Shown in pieces: positions 10,222-22,100 of a stretch of DNA of 64,000 bases (the first letter of the stretch is position 1; every line of letters starts with the position of its first letter). The DNA is taken from contig JBEQLE010000013.1 of the NCBI GenBank assembly GCA_040326155.1, positions 1 to 64,000 of the forward strand. Reading direction: 5' to 3'. The notes under the pieces were generated by a model. That model ran no database searches. It was not told the DNA's origin and saw only the letters and a list, made by a program, of their open reading frames with translations. The translations under genes and the position numbers were made by a program. This DNA comes from Leptospirales bacterium. Lineage in GTDB: Bacteria; Spirochaetota; Leptospiria; Turneriellales; JAOUFE01.

Positions 10222-11988
10222 TTACAAGGTACACAACTGATTTCTGCCAGACCTTTTAGCTTTATACAACGCATCGTCCACACGTTTCACTATTGAACGT
10301 GAGTTATCGCCCGGTTTCATACAGGTAAGACCAAAGCTGACAGTAACTTTATTGACCTTCCCGAATTTGTGCTCACCGATTGTTACACGTAAACGCTCAC
10401 CAAGTTTGTGCGCTTCTTTAACGGAAGTCCGAGGCAGTAAAATTACAAATTCCTCACCGCCCCACCTGGCCAATATATCTTGCTCCCGTATGCTTTTCAT
10501 GGCAATGCGGACCAATTTGACAAGTACCATATCTCCGACATCATGACCATATGTGTCATTCACTTTTTTGAAATAGTCCACGTCCAACATCAGAATCGAA
10601 AGAGATTCTTTAGATCGTTTCGCCCTGGCTATATTTTTTTCAATGTGTTCAGAAAAGGCCCTCCGGTTTAATATCTTTGTTAAATAGTCTGTTCGCGATA
10701 ATCTCTGAAAATTTATTTCCGCTTTTTTTCGTTTCGCAATTTCTTTGTGTAAAGTAGAGAGTGTGTTTAAAAGATTATCAGCCATCTGGTTAAAGGAAAT
10801 TGCAAGCGAATCTGTCTCGTCGGAAGTTCCCGTCTTAACCCTTTTCTCATAGTCGCCCTCTCCCAATAACTTGGCGGCAGAAGCGAGTTTCACAATAGGC
10901 TCGGCAACCCACCTGCCAATAAAATGAGCGGCAGTAGACATTAACAAAGTAATCAACAGTCCTATAAAAAAAATATACTGGGCCATTTCACGAACTTCAG
11001 AAAGAGCATCCTGGCTATTATGACTAAGCACAACATGCCACGCTTCTCCGGTATTGCCAAGAACATGGTCAATAGATTCATAAGAGCCTCCGAATGCAAA
11101 CTTTTCAGAGCCAAGAGTAACCTGGATAGGCGCAATTCCCATAAGGTTTTCCTGCTTGTGTGTAGAAACCAGAAAAGAGTCGTTTTGTTTTTCTGATAAG
11201 AATGGAATAATATTGTCAGACAAAGAGTGTGATAAAGGAAGACCTTTGCCGGCGATAATTAAGCCTTTTGTTCGCGTTATTCGAATTGTACCTGGATTAT
11301 TATCGAGGTACTGCTCAATAAGGTCTGTCAATAGTTCCATTATATTGATATTGCATTTCAGAATGCCGATTATTTTATTTTCGAACGTAACGGGAACGAC
11401 TATGCCCAAAACATACCCTTTGACACTTTCGTCAAAACCGCGATCGTCAAAAAATATCTTTCCGTTTCCTTTATTATATGAGGCTTTCCACCAGTATTTA
11501 TGCGCGTGGGCCAATGTGGTGAGTTTACCTGTGGTTGCCACCATCACGCCATAGCGGTTTGTAAGAAATATCTCACCATAAGTTCCGGGAAGAATACTTT
11601 GCTGATATCTTAAAAAGCGGGCGACCTCGTTTTCCATTCGGTTTTTAACAAAAGGGTCTTCCACCGTTAATGCCTTCATCCACCGTTTATTCAAGCCATT
11701 GATAGTTTTTGTTCTATTTGCAGGTCGTAGCTCCGAAAAATAAGAATTGCTTTGCTGCAACAGTTTTTTAATGGCCGGAGCTGTTGATAAGGTCAATGCA
11801 ATGGCGGCTTTTTCTTTAATACGAGTGTCCATAAGTAACGCAATCTCTTTCGATTGTATACCCAGATGGTTTAATTCTCGTTTGGTTATTACCTTATTAT
11901 TTATTATATAATAGCTGACTGAAATCAGGATCATAACCACGACACCCAATAAAGTCATTGTACCGGCAGTTTTATGTTCTATCTTCAA
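10222..11988 (-). CDS. Membrane diguanylate cyclase (Cache-like sensor, HAMP, GGDEF)
   Basis: Two TM segments flank a periplasmic domain. HAMP (DETDSLAISFNQM), DVDYFK, I-site REQD and GGEEF. Confidence 0.92.
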   Translation of the reverse strand: MKIEHKTAGTMTLLGVVVMILISVSYYIINNKVITKRELNHLGIQSKEIALLMDTRIKEKAAIALTLSTAPAIKKLLQQSNSYFSELRPANRTKTINGLNKRWMKALTVEDPFVKNRMENEVARFLRYQQSILPGTYGEIFLTNRYGVMVATTGKLTTLAHAHKYWWKASYNKGNGKIFFDDRGFDESVKGYVLGIVVPVTFENKIIGILKCNINIMELLTDLIEQYLDNNPGTIRITRTKGLIIAGKGLPLSHSLSDNIIPFLSEKQNDSFLVSTHKQENLMGIAPIQVTLGSEKFAFGGSYESIDHVLGNTGEAWHVVLSHNSQDALSEVREMAQYIFFIGLLITLLMSTAAHFIGRWVAEPIVKLASAAKLLGEGDYEKRVKTGTSDETDSLAISFNQMADNLLNTLSTLHKEIAKRKKAEINFQRLSRTDYLTKILNRRAFSEHIEKNIARAKRSKESLSILMLDVDYFKKVNDTYGHDVGDMVLVKLVRIAMKSIREQDILARWGGEEFVILLPRTSVKEAHKLGERLRVTIGEHKFGKVNKVTVSFGLTCMKPGDNSRSIVKRVDDALYKAKRSGRNQLCTL

Positions 11989-12060
11989 TGGCCACCTACT
12001 ATAATACTTATCGATAAAACACGGAGTATAATTAAACGAGTTCCCTGTTTTCGGTAAGAA

Positions 12061-14841
12061 TCATTTATTATTTTCTCTATTATCATTATACACACTGAAA
12101 TTACCGCGACCAGTTTGCTTCACAGAATATAATGCTTTATCAGCTTTTCGCAACAATTCTTCAATACTGGTTCCATTATCTGGAAATACGCTGATTCCTA
12201 TGCTTACGCTTGCTTCTATTTTTGTATTGCTAATTTGAAAAGGCGATGTAGTTTTCCTTAGTATCTGTTTAGCCGTACGCTGCACATCCTTTGGATTTTC
12301 TAATAAAGTGTAAATTATCGCAAATTCGTCACCACCTAAACGCGCTACGGTATCGGTAGCACGGCTTTCTTTTTGTAAAATATCAGCAATATGTTTTAAT
12401 ACAGCGTCGCCAACAGGGTGGCCGTGAGTATCGTTAATTTTCTTAAAGTTATCAATGTCAATAATGAAAATCGCAAATTTATTATCTAGTCGAGTTGCCA
12501 GAGAAACGGCATCTTGCAATTGGTGATTGAACAAATACCTGTTAGCCACTCTTGTCAGCGCATCCGTTGTCGCCATTTTTCGAATTCTTTCTTCCGCCGC
12601 TTTTTCATTTGTGATGTCCGAAAACTGGGCTACGCGATTCACCGTTCCATCTTCTTTCTTCACAGTATTAATTAGAAGTTGTTCCGGGTAAATCTCTCCA
12701 TTTTTTCGGCGATTCCAAATCTCCCCTTCCCAATGACCCGTGGTATTTAAAGAAGCCCAGAATTCTTCATAAAAAAGCTGACCTTGACGTCCCGATTTTA
12801 GCAAACCAGGGTCTTTCCCGATCACTTCTTTTTCAGAGTAACCGGTAACCCGTGTAAAGGCCGGGTTAACACTGATAATTTGATTCACGTTATCTGTAAT
12901 CATCATAGCCTGGGTAGAATTATCAAATACCGTAGCGCTTAATTTTACAATGTCTTCAACCATCTTTCGTATGGTAATATCTTGAACAATTGCTATTATA
13001 TTCGTTATGGAACCCTCTTCTTTGCCAGATGTGGATACGGTCAAGTCAACCCAAATATCCGTACCCTCTTTTTTCTTATATCTTTTTTCAACATGGTAAT
13101 AATCTATTTCATTTGCCATTAACCGTTTCAACAAAACTGAATTTCCCTCAACATCATCCGGATGAATTAAATCGCCAAATTTCATTCCCAGCAACTCTTC
13201 TTCTGAATAACCTGTCATTTCACAAAAGGCCGGGTTCACCATCGTGTATTTGTAATGCATATCCAAAATCTTCATCCCGACTTTCGAATGATTAAAAGCT
13301 TTTCGGAACCTTTCCTCACTCTCTTTTAGAGCCAGCTCAACCATTTTACTGGCCGTTACATCTCTTGAAATTCCAAACAGACCCATTACCTTTCCCTGGT
13401 CATCAACCCAGGGAACTTTTGTTGTGGATACCCATGGCTTCTCCCCTCCAACCGGCTCACCACCCTCCACTCGGTTGATTACGCGAACTCCTTTTTCAAT
13501 GACCTGTTTGTCATCTGGAATCGAATATTTTGTTATCTCCGGTGGGAATAGATCCTCATCTTGTTTTCCTATAACCTCTTCGACAGGACGATGGAATAAT
13601 TTTGAAAATGATTTACTGACACGAACAAATTTACGGTGAACATCTTTGAAATATATAAAATCTGGAGAGTTGTCCAGTAGTGTTTGCAGTGTTTTTTGTG
13701 CATATTTCAGTTGTTTTTCGGATGATAATCGTTCCGTAATGTCAAGTATTATAGCAATAAACACATCTTGCATCTTATATTTTGTAAGTTGCAAATGCAC
13801 TTCCACATTATAAACCGAATTATCCTTTCTTTTGTGAATAGTAGTGAAAATAATTTTATCAAGTTTACCTGTCCTCAGAGGCTCAATTAACTCATTAAAT
13901 GTATTTATATTGTACTCCGGTTTAATATCCAGAGGGGTCATTTTTTTCAAATCTGACATTGAATATCCGAGGTTTTTTTGTGCTCCCCGGTTTACATGAA
14001 CAAACTTATATGTGCCTGCATCGAATATATATATTTCGTTTAAAGAATCTTCAATAATCCTTCCCAGACTGACTACCGACCGCTCAGCTCTCTTTCTCTC
14101 CGTAATGTCACGCACACTGGAACGATATCCCATGGAACTACCATCTGTATCATAGATCGGTTGCCAGGAAATTGCAGCCCAACAGGTACTACCATCTTTG
14201 CATATAACTCGAAATTCTACATCATTTCCAGTTTTTTCCTTCGATGCATCAAGCTGGTATTGACGAATAATCTTATGATCTTCTTCATCAGTCAATTCAA
14301 GTGGATAATTTTCCATAGAGTAGCACTCTTTTTCATTGTAGCCGGTTAATCGAGTTACACCGGAATTTACCCAGATAAGTTTTCCGTCACTGGCATGCCA
14401 ACTTTCCCAGTCATAAGTATAATCAGCTATCGCTCGGTATCTATTTTCACTATTTTTAAGAGATTGCTCGGTTTGTTTTTGTTCACTGATATTTCGGATG
14501 ATTCCCTCAATAGCGATTAACGATCCATTTTGGTCATACACGGGAACATTATGTTGCTCTATCCAGAAATCAGTTCCATCTTTATGTATCCAGCGCAAGG
14601 TTTCGACCTTACCCTCCGGGGGAATCTGTTCGATAGAATCAAGAAAAGAGAGATCATCCGGGTGTTGCAACTTGCGCCATATTTCCGAATCATCATAGTA
14701 TTCTTTTGGTGTATAACCTGTAATTTTTTTTGCAGAAGGGCTTACATATTCAAAACCAATTGGCTTAGACAAACGATATCGATAAATTAGATCTTTACTG
14801 TTTTCAACAAGAACAAGAAAATATGAATTACCTACACTCAT
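12061..14841 (-). CDS. Multi-PAS diguanylate cyclase
   Basis: About six PAS/PAC repeats, DIDNFK, I-site RATD and GGDEF. ATG at 14841 is preferred because of the SD AGGAAG and the promoter at 14862-14890. Confidence 0.93.
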   Translation of the reverse strand: MSVGNSYFLVLVENSKDLIYRYRLSKPIGFEYVSPSAKKITGYTPKEYYDDSEIWRKLQHPDDLSFLDSIEQIPPEGKVETLRWIHKDGTDFWIEQHNVPVYDQNGSLIAIEGIIRNISEQKQTEQSLKNSENRYRAIADYTYDWESWHASDGKLIWVNSGVTRLTGYNEKECYSMENYPLELTDEEDHKIIRQYQLDASKEKTGNDVEFRVICKDGSTCWAAISWQPIYDTDGSSMGYRSSVRDITERKRAERSVVSLGRIIEDSLNEIYIFDAGTYKFVHVNRGAQKNLGYSMSDLKKMTPLDIKPEYNINTFNELIEPLRTGKLDKIIFTTIHKRKDNSVYNVEVHLQLTKYKMQDVFIAIILDITERLSSEKQLKYAQKTLQTLLDNSPDFIYFKDVHRKFVRVSKSFSKLFHRPVEEVIGKQDEDLFPPEITKYSIPDDKQVIEKGVRVINRVEGGEPVGGEKPWVSTTKVPWVDDQGKVMGLFGISRDVTASKMVELALKESEERFRKAFNHSKVGMKILDMHYKYTMVNPAFCEMTGYSEEELLGMKFGDLIHPDDVEGNSVLLKRLMANEIDYYHVEKRYKKKEGTDIWVDLTVSTSGKEEGSITNIIAIVQDITIRKMVEDIVKLSATVFDNSTQAMMITDNVNQIISVNPAFTRVTGYSEKEVIGKDPGLLKSGRQGQLFYEEFWASLNTTGHWEGEIWNRRKNGEIYPEQLLINTVKKEDGTVNRVAQFSDITNEKAAEERIRKMATTDALTRVANRYLFNHQLQDAVSLATRLDNKFAIFIIDIDNFKKINDTHGHPVGDAVLKHIADILQKESRATDTVARLGGDEFAIIYTLLENPKDVQRTAKQILRKTTSPFQISNTKIEASVSIGISVFPDNGTSIEELLRKADKALYSVKQTGRGNFSVYNDNRENNK

Positions 14842-14861
14842 GAAATTTCTTCCTATATTAT

Positions 14862-14890
14862 ATAATACCATATGTGAACAACCTGAGCAA
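14862..14890 (-). promoter_or_regulatory. Putative sigma70 promoter of the multi-PAS DGC
   Basis: Minus strand reads TTGCTC-17 nt-TATTAT with an extended -10 TG. Confidence 0.5.
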
Positions 14891-14999
14891 GTAATTTCTC
14901 AAACTTTTTACAAGGAATCGGTTTTTATATAAAGGTAAATTACCAACATTTTCAAATAATTTCTTTACTCACACGGTTTAACATGCGATATGTATTCCA

Positions 15000-16052
15000 A
15001 TGCCAAACAAACTACTGTTCGTAGACGATGAAAGAGATTTTGAGGTTTTAATAAAACAGCGTTTACGAAAAAAAATTAAAGAAGATAACCTGGAGCTGTT
15101 TTTTGCATATGACGGAAGTCATGCATTAAAAATTCTGGAAGAAAACAAAGGTATCCACGTAATATTTACAGACATCAACATGCCAAAAATGGACGGACTA
15201 ACACTGCTCAGCAAAATAAATGAACTGCCTGAATTAAGGCAAACCGTAATTATTTCTGCCTATGGAGATATGAACAATATACGTACTTCTATGAATAGAG
15301 GAGCCTTCGACTTTTTAACGAAACCTTTGAATTTTGAAGATATGGATATTACCCTTGAAAAAGTGAGGTCATATGTTCGCAAAGTTCTTCTTGAAAAAGA
15401 AGAAAAAGAGCTACTGGAGAAGGAACTCGACATTTCCCAAAAAGAGGTTATCTATAAACTGGCAGAAATTGTGGAGGCCAGGTCAAAAGAGACGGGCAAC
15501 CATGTTCGCAGGGTGGCAAACTATTCAAAAGTTTTGGCATTGGGTTATGGTTTAAGTGAACAGGAAGCTGAAGAGTTAAAAATGGCGTCACCGATTCATG
15601 ACGTTGGCAAAATTGCCATTGCGGATGCTATTTTATGTAAACCGGGAAAGTTGACCGAAGAAGAATTTGAAAAAATGAAAACACACACAACTTCCGGGTA
15701 TGAAATACTGCAAAAATCGAACAGGAAAATATTTCAAAATGCGGCAATTGTCGCTTATGAACACCATGAAAAGTTTGACGGTTCCGGGTATCCTCGGGGT
15801 TTAAAAGGAAATAAAATACATATTTATGGTCGCATTACTGCCGTGGCTGATGTGTATGATGCGCTGGGTTCAGAACGAGTTTACAAAAAAGTCTGGCCGG
15901 AAGAAAAAATTCATAAACTGTTTAAAGAACAAAGCGGTAAACATTTTGAACCAAAACTGATCGATGTTTTTTTCGAAAGCCTGGAGCAACTTCATGAAAT
16001 TAAAAATATGCATAAAGATGTACAAACCGGCGCTTCAATGTCTGAATTATGA
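15000..16052 (+). CDS. Response regulator with HD-GYP phosphodiesterase domain
   Basis: REC (VDD, TDINMP, TKP), HDVGK, HHEKFDGSGYP and ADVYDAL. Confidence 0.93.
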   Translation: MPNKLLFVDDERDFEVLIKQRLRKKIKEDNLELFFAYDGSHALKILEENKGIHVIFTDINMPKMDGLTLLSKINELPELRQTVIISAYGDMNNIRTSMNRGAFDFLTKPLNFEDMDITLEKVRSYVRKVLLEKEEKELLEKELDISQKEVIYKLAEIVEARSKETGNHVRRVANYSKVLALGYGLSEQEAEELKMASPIHDVGKIAIADAILCKPGKLTEEEFEKMKTHTTSGYEILQKSNRKIFQNAAIVAYEHHEKFDGSGYPRGLKGNKIHIYGRITAVADVYDALGSERVYKKVWPEEKIHKLFKEQSGKHFEPKLIDVFFESLEQLHEIKNMHKDVQTGASMSEL

Positions 16053-16085
16053 TTGACGCTGATATTAGTGAATGTCTAATAGAGT

Positions 16086-17222
16086 ATGAATGAAGAAATT
16101 CTTATCTCTATTCTTGTTGTTGATGATGAACCAGATCTTGAACCGCTGGTATTGCAGACATTTCGATCGGAAATTAAAGAAAAAAAATATGAATTCTTTT
16201 TTGCCTCAGATGGGGCAGAGGCTCTTTCTATTTTAGAAGAATACCCTGAAATATGTCTTGTTTTAACAGATATAAATATGCCGGTAATGGATGGGTTAAC
16301 ATTATTAAAAAAAATAAATGAATTGCATGAAAATAATAAAAATGGTGGAATTCGAAAAGTCATAATTGTTTCCGCATATGGAGATATGGAAAATATCAGG
16401 GCGGCCATGAATGAACGCGCTTATGATTTTCTAACGAAACCAATCGACTTGAAAGACCTTAAGGTTACGGTTGAAAAAACTCTTGATGAAATAGAAAAAA
16501 TTAATTCTCACATTCTTGAAAAGAAAAAATATCAAATGGAGAAAGAGTCGCTATCGAGATACTTTTCCAGTGACATTGTCGAAAAAATACTGAAAGAAGA
16601 TTTTCACCAGAAAATGATCGGGGGCAATGAAACAGCTTCCATTTTATTTCTCGATATTCGGGGTTTTACCACAATCAGCGAAACCTTAAAACCCGATAAA
16701 GTGGCAGACCTGTTAAATAGAATCTATCCCGATTTTATGGAGTTAATTCTCAGTCACAAAGGCTCTGTAAATAAATTAATTGGAGACGCCATGGTGGCCA
16801 CATTTGGTCTACCCATTGCGACTGCTGATGACGCCTACAACGCGGTAAAAACTGCCATAGAAATTATAAAATGGGTTGAGATGTTTTCGAAAATAAAACC
16901 TGATTATCTGGGCGATCAAGAGATAAAAATCGGTATCGGCATTACCACAGGTGAAGTTTTTGCAGGTAATATCGGCTCGTTTCGTCGTCTGGAATACACT
17001 GTAATCGGTGATGTTGTAAATACCGCCAGTCGCCTTCAAAACCTGACTAAAAAAGTCGGCGTTGACATTCTAATTGACGGAGAGACAAAAAAACATCTGG
17101 GCGATCTGGTTACAACTCGAAAGGTGCGCGTTAAATCTATTCGTGGAAAAAAAGAACGTATAGAGATATTTACCGTAGATGATTTAGTATCCAAAGAAAG
17201 TGATGATGTAGATTATTTTTAA
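16086..17222 (+). CDS. Response regulator fused to class III adenylate cyclase
   Basis: REC domain plus FLDIRGFT, KLIGDA and YTVIGDVVNTASRLQ. The Lys/Thr specificity residues suggest ATP as substrate. Confidence 0.92.
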   Translation: MNEEILISILVVDDEPDLEPLVLQTFRSEIKEKKYEFFFASDGAEALSILEEYPEICLVLTDINMPVMDGLTLLKKINELHENNKNGGIRKVIIVSAYGDMENIRAAMNERAYDFLTKPIDLKDLKVTVEKTLDEIEKINSHILEKKKYQMEKESLSRYFSSDIVEKILKEDFHQKMIGGNETASILFLDIRGFTTISETLKPDKVADLLNRIYPDFMELILSHKGSVNKLIGDAMVATFGLPIATADDAYNAVKTAIEIIKWVEMFSKIKPDYLGDQEIKIGIGITTGEVFAGNIGSFRRLEYTVIGDVVNTASRLQNLTKKVGVDILIDGETKKHLGDLVTTRKVRVKSIRGKKERIEIFTVDDLVSKESDDVDYF

Positions 17223-17261
17223 TTTGTTTCGGATAAAAAAGAAAAAGAACAACAGAAAATT

Positions 17262-18497
17262 TCAACTCATCAATTGACCCGCAATATAACCTGTGGTCCA
17301 CGCAGCCTGAAAATTAAACCCTCCGGTTACGCCATCTATATCTAAAACTTCACCGGCAAAATAGAGGCCTTTGTGTTTTTTACTCTCCATTGTCATATGA
17401 TGAATCTCAGACAAATCGACGCCTCCGCAGGTTACAAACTCTTCTTTGAACGTTGTTTTTCCTTCCACCAGAAATTCATCATGACAGATAAATTGAACCA
17501 ATCGATAAATCTCCTTCTTAGAAAGGTCTCTCCATAGTTTATCTATATCCAGATTTGCTTTTGTAAGTAGGTAGACCCAGAACCGCTGCGACCAGCCGGA
17601 ATAATGGTTCTTTATTTTCTGTTTCGATAATTTTTCTTTGAATGCAAAAAGATCGTTTTGCCAGATCTCGGCATTATTTTGCGACCAATTTACAACCATT
17701 TTAAACCTGTAATTTATATCGTGCAAAGCTCTGGCTGCTACAGAAGATATTTTTAAGACAGCGGGACCGCTTAACCCCCAGTGAGTTATAATCATATCGC
17801 CGTTTTCCCGTAATCTCAACTCTGGAATTTTTACAGAAACAGAAGGGAAAGATAACCCCATTAAGTCTGTTAATGCTTTATCGTTAATATTAAAACTGAA
17901 TAAAGAAGCTACAGGGTTGTTTATTTTTATTTCCGTTGCGAAAAGAAAACTATTTTTACTCAGTCCGCCGGTTGTAATAATTACTTTGTCTGCAACTATT
18001 GTTTTCTTGTTCGCCTCAGCACTGCCCGAGCCTGTCTGTTTTTTCTTGACGGTTATTTCGAACGCTTTTTGCTCATCCGGAAAAGAGATCCTGGTAACAT
18101 CACAACCGGTTTGAATATGTATATTTAGTTTCCTGGCGTTTTCGAGAAAACAATCGATAATAGTCTGGGAGCTACCACTTTGCGGGAATATCCGGTTATC
18201 CGGTTGTGTCATTAAACGAACATTGCGATCTTCAAACCACTGAATTGTATCTTTTGGTTGAAACTGATGAAAAGCTTTTTTTAAGAAACTACCGCCCCTG
18301 GGGTAAAATGAAACCAATTTCGGAATATCAAAACACGAGTGAGTGACATTGCACCGACCACCGCCAGAAATTTTAACTTTAGAAAGAACCGTGTCAGCCT
18401 TCTCCAGAATCGTCACATTACATTCAGGGTTATGTTCTTTTACAGAAAGCGCGGCAAAAAAACCGGCAGCGCCTCCGCCCACTACGACAACATCCAT
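17262..18497 (-). CDS. HI0933/BaiN-family flavoprotein
   Basis: GGGAAG, KVKISGGGRCNVT, THWGLSGPAVL, VTCGGV and GEVLDIDGVTGGFNFQAAW. Confidence 0.93.
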   Translation of the reverse strand: MDVVVVGGGAAGFFAALSVKEHNPECNVTILEKADTVLSKVKISGGGRCNVTHSCFDIPKLVSFYPRGGSFLKKAFHQFQPKDTIQWFEDRNVRLMTQPDNRIFPQSGSSQTIIDCFLENARKLNIHIQTGCDVTRISFPDEQKAFEITVKKKQTGSGSAEANKKTIVADKVIITTGGLSKNSFLFATEIKINNPVASLFSFNINDKALTDLMGLSFPSVSVKIPELRLRENGDMIITHWGLSGPAVLKISSVAARALHDINYRFKMVVNWSQNNAEIWQNDLFAFKEKLSKQKIKNHYSGWSQRFWVYLLTKANLDIDKLWRDLSKKEIYRLVQFICHDEFLVEGKTTFKEEFVTCGGVDLSEIHHMTMESKKHKGLYFAGEVLDIDGVTGGFNFQAAWTTGYIAGQLMS

Positions 18498-18666
18498 TTA
18501 TTATAGACGCGCTTTTGTAGATTCTTTGTCAATTGTTTATATTTTTAAAATAAACTTACTTTGAATTTGATATCCATGCATGAAATTAATGATTTACGTT
18601 GTACATTATTGCAATACACTTGGCAATAATCCAGGTTTTTAAAACAATTATTAAAAGAGGTCAAAA

Positions 18667-18915
18667 ATGAATATTTACATCGGAAATTTACCTTTCACAA
18701 CTTCAGAAGCCGAGTTAAACGAAGCATTTGTAAAGTTTGGTGAAGTCGTCTCCACCAATATTATTACGGATAAATTTAGCGGGAGATCTAAAGGGTTTGC
18801 CTTTGTCGAAATGGCAAATACAGAGGACGGAGTAAAAGCGATAGCCGAACTCAATGGAACTTCCATGAACGATCGTGAAATTAAAGTAAACGAAGCAAAA
18901 CCACGCGAATCCTGA
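18667..18915 (+). CDS. RRM RNA-binding protein
   Basis: RNP2 IYIGNL, RNP1 KGFAFVEM and VNEAKPR. A possible in-frame tail follows the TGA (see findings). Confidence 0.95.
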   Translation: MNIYIGNLPFTTSEAELNEAFVKFGEVVSTNIITDKFSGRSKGFAFVEMANTEDGVKAIAELNGTSMNDREIKVNEAKPRES

Positions 18916-19192
18916 CAAGACAATCGTGGCAGCGGTTCTTACGACCGCTAAAAGATGCAGCTTCGCAGTACATATAAAGCGGACAAACTTTCTAGAATGC
19001 ATTCGTATAATATATATTTTTAAAATATATTGTGAATTGCGCCTTTACTATTAGTCTAGTTTTGTTTATATTTAGCAAAGAGATTGTGACCATATAATAT
19101 ACGTCCAAAAACTGGTAATTTTTCATAAATTCATAAGAAAAATGGAAGTAAAGGTAGCTGGAAATCATATCACGATTCAAGCAGGACAATAG

Positions 19193-22100
19193 ATGAGTGT
19201 TTTAAACAAGCTTAATATTCGCAGTAAAATTATAGCAGGCTTCGCAATTTTACTCGGTTCTTTTATTGTGTTTACTATTTTCGGTATTTACGAATTAAAC
19301 TCAATGGGTGAAATTACGACCAAACTTTACAACCACCCTTTAAACGTTTCTAATGCCTCGCTTCGCGCCAGCATGGGTGTAATAAAAATGCACCGGGGAA
19401 TGAAAGATGCCATTATAGCAAAAAACGATTATGAAAGAGAAATCGCAATATATACCGTTCAAGAAGAAGAACATGAGGTAATCGAGAACCTCAATATAGT
19501 AAAAGATAAAATTCTGGGAAACGAAGGCCATTTGCTCGAAGAAGAAACCAGAGAGCTGTTTTTAAACTGGAAACCTATACGCGATGAGGTCATGACCCTT
19601 TTAATTGCCGGTAAAAAAATTGAGGCGGCGTCCATAACAAAAGAGAAAGGGGCCGCTTATGTAAGGCTGGTTGAAAACAAAATGCTTGAACTGACCAGCT
19701 ACTCGCGCAACAAAAGCAACGAATTTATGAATACGGCGGAAAAAACTAAAATAAGGGTGATCACTATTTCAATTGCTCTGGTTGTCTTTCTTATTATACT
19801 GATGGCTTTAATTGCATCCATAATACTAAAAAGTATATTAGAGCCAATTCTTTCTTTTAAAAAAACTATATCGAATATAACCGAAACAGGTAAACTCAGT
19901 GAAGCCGACGTTCCGGGTAACAATGAAATAACAGAGATAACAAAAGACTTTAATAAGCTTATTAAATGGCTGGAACGGGAAATCTGGGATAAAGATGGTC
20001 AAACCATGCTCAGCGGGGCTATTCGCCGTGAAAGTGACCATGTAGCAGTTTCCCAGAGTATATTAAATTTTCTATGCGACTATCTGAATTACCAGGTTGG
20101 GATATTGTACTTAAAAGATCATAATTATGACGATACATACAGGCTTATGGCTACTTATGCTTACAGGACACGCAACAGTAATCATTCCGTTATAAAAAAC
20201 GGGGAAGGGCTGGCTGGACAAGCGGCACTTGAACAAAAAATCATTGTTTTTAAAGACGTACCACTGGAAAATTCTTCCCTGAAAATTGAGTCCGGATTTA
20301 GCGATATAAAACCCCACTCCATTGTCGTCATTCCATTGATTTTTCAAGACAATGTTATCGGTATTATTGAACTTGGTTCCACTCATGCTATTGAAAATTA
20401 CGAATACAATTTTCTAAAACGTGTATCAGAACATATCTCGGCTTCTCTGGCTTCTACCATCACCAATACCGAAATGGCTGAACTACTGAACCTGTCGAAA
20501 GCCCAGGCCAAAGAGTTATCCGACTCGTATGAAAACCTGAAGCTTCAATCGGAGCAACTGGAAAAATCTGAAGTTGTATTAAAAGAGAAACAAAAAAACC
20601 TCGAAGAAGCCAATAGCTTATTGACCAAATCGTCCAAAACAATTCAAAGCAAAGCGTTTGAGTTACAAAAAAGCAGCAAATACAAATCGGAATTTTTAGC
20701 CAACATGTCGCATGAATTGCGCTCGCCCTTAAACAGTATCATTTTGTTATCTCAAATGCTCTCTGAGAATAAAACTGAAAACCTCTCTGAAAAACAAGTT
20801 AAATTCGCAAAAACTATATATTCAAGTTCCACTGAGTTACTGCAATTGATTAACGATGTTCTTGACCTCTCGAAAATTGAAGCGGGAAAATTTGATCTGA
20901 AACTGGAACCTGTTATATTAACGGATCTGTTGCGTGAAATTGAAGATCGCTTCAGCGCTCAATTTGAAAATAAAAAAATTAAATTCACAACTTCACTAGC
21001 GAAAAATAGTCCGGATAAAATAATCACCGATTATAAACTTTTAACCCAGATTCTCAACAACTTTATAACCAACGCTTTGAAATTTACCAAAAAAGGTTTA
21101 GTGAGTGTAACTGTTGGGCGTCCCAGAAAAGATGAAAAAAACACTAAAACAATCAACCAAAATGTTATCCACCCGGAAACATCCCTGGCAATTCGGGTAA
21201 CCGATACCGGTATCGGTATAGCGCCCGAAAAACAAGACGATGTTTTTGGTTCTTTTCAACAAGTAGACGGTACCGCAAGCCGAGAATACGAAGGAACCGG
21301 CCTTGGATTATCGATAGCAAAAAAACTGGCAAATTTGTTAAACGGGAATATTTTACTACAAAGTAACCCCGGCGAAGGCAGTACCTTTACCCTGATTATA
21401 CCGGAAGAACTCGGGACAACATCAGAGTTGGTAGTTGCAGAAGAAGCGGATTCTTCGGTCGATGAAATAAGCGAACCAGTTAATATAAAAGAAAAACTTC
21501 TACATAAAAACAAAGTTCTGATTATTGAAGACGATGAAAGTTTTTCCGGTATTATTGAAGAAATTGGCGAGACGAAAAACATATCGGTAATCAGTGCGAC
21601 TAACGGAGAAAGCGGCCTGAAACTGGCCCGCGAGATCGTTCCTGATTTTATACTTCTTGATATTTACTTGGACGGAATGACCGGATGGGAGGTTCTTGAA
21701 AAATTAAAAAATGACAAGATTACAAAAAATATTCCCGTTCAAATTCTATCCGTAGCCAGAGTTGAAGATGAAGAAAAACTAAAGGACATTTTCGGTTATA
21801 GCGAAAAACCCGTCTCCACTGCAGAGCTTGACAGAATTTTCGATGAAATTGCAAGGCAAATTCAAGTGGCTGGAATTACGTCTGTAACGCAAGAAGATCC
21901 GGAAATATTAATTATAGATGATGATGATGAATATGTGAAACTTCTGAAAAAAGAGATGAAAAAAAGAAATTTTAAATTTGCCAGCGTGCCGAACGGAACA
22001 CGCGGTATCGATCTTGCGCGAAAATCCATACCCGATCTTATATTGCTTGATATTTATTTACCCGATATGAACGGGTGGGACATTGTTCGTATTCTGAAAG

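Noticed and set aside
18913..18915. Genome-wide TGA recoding or selenocysteine
   Set aside because: TGA ends many genes normally (e.g. 6557, 16052, 32174). The position lies in a disordered tail with no redox motif.
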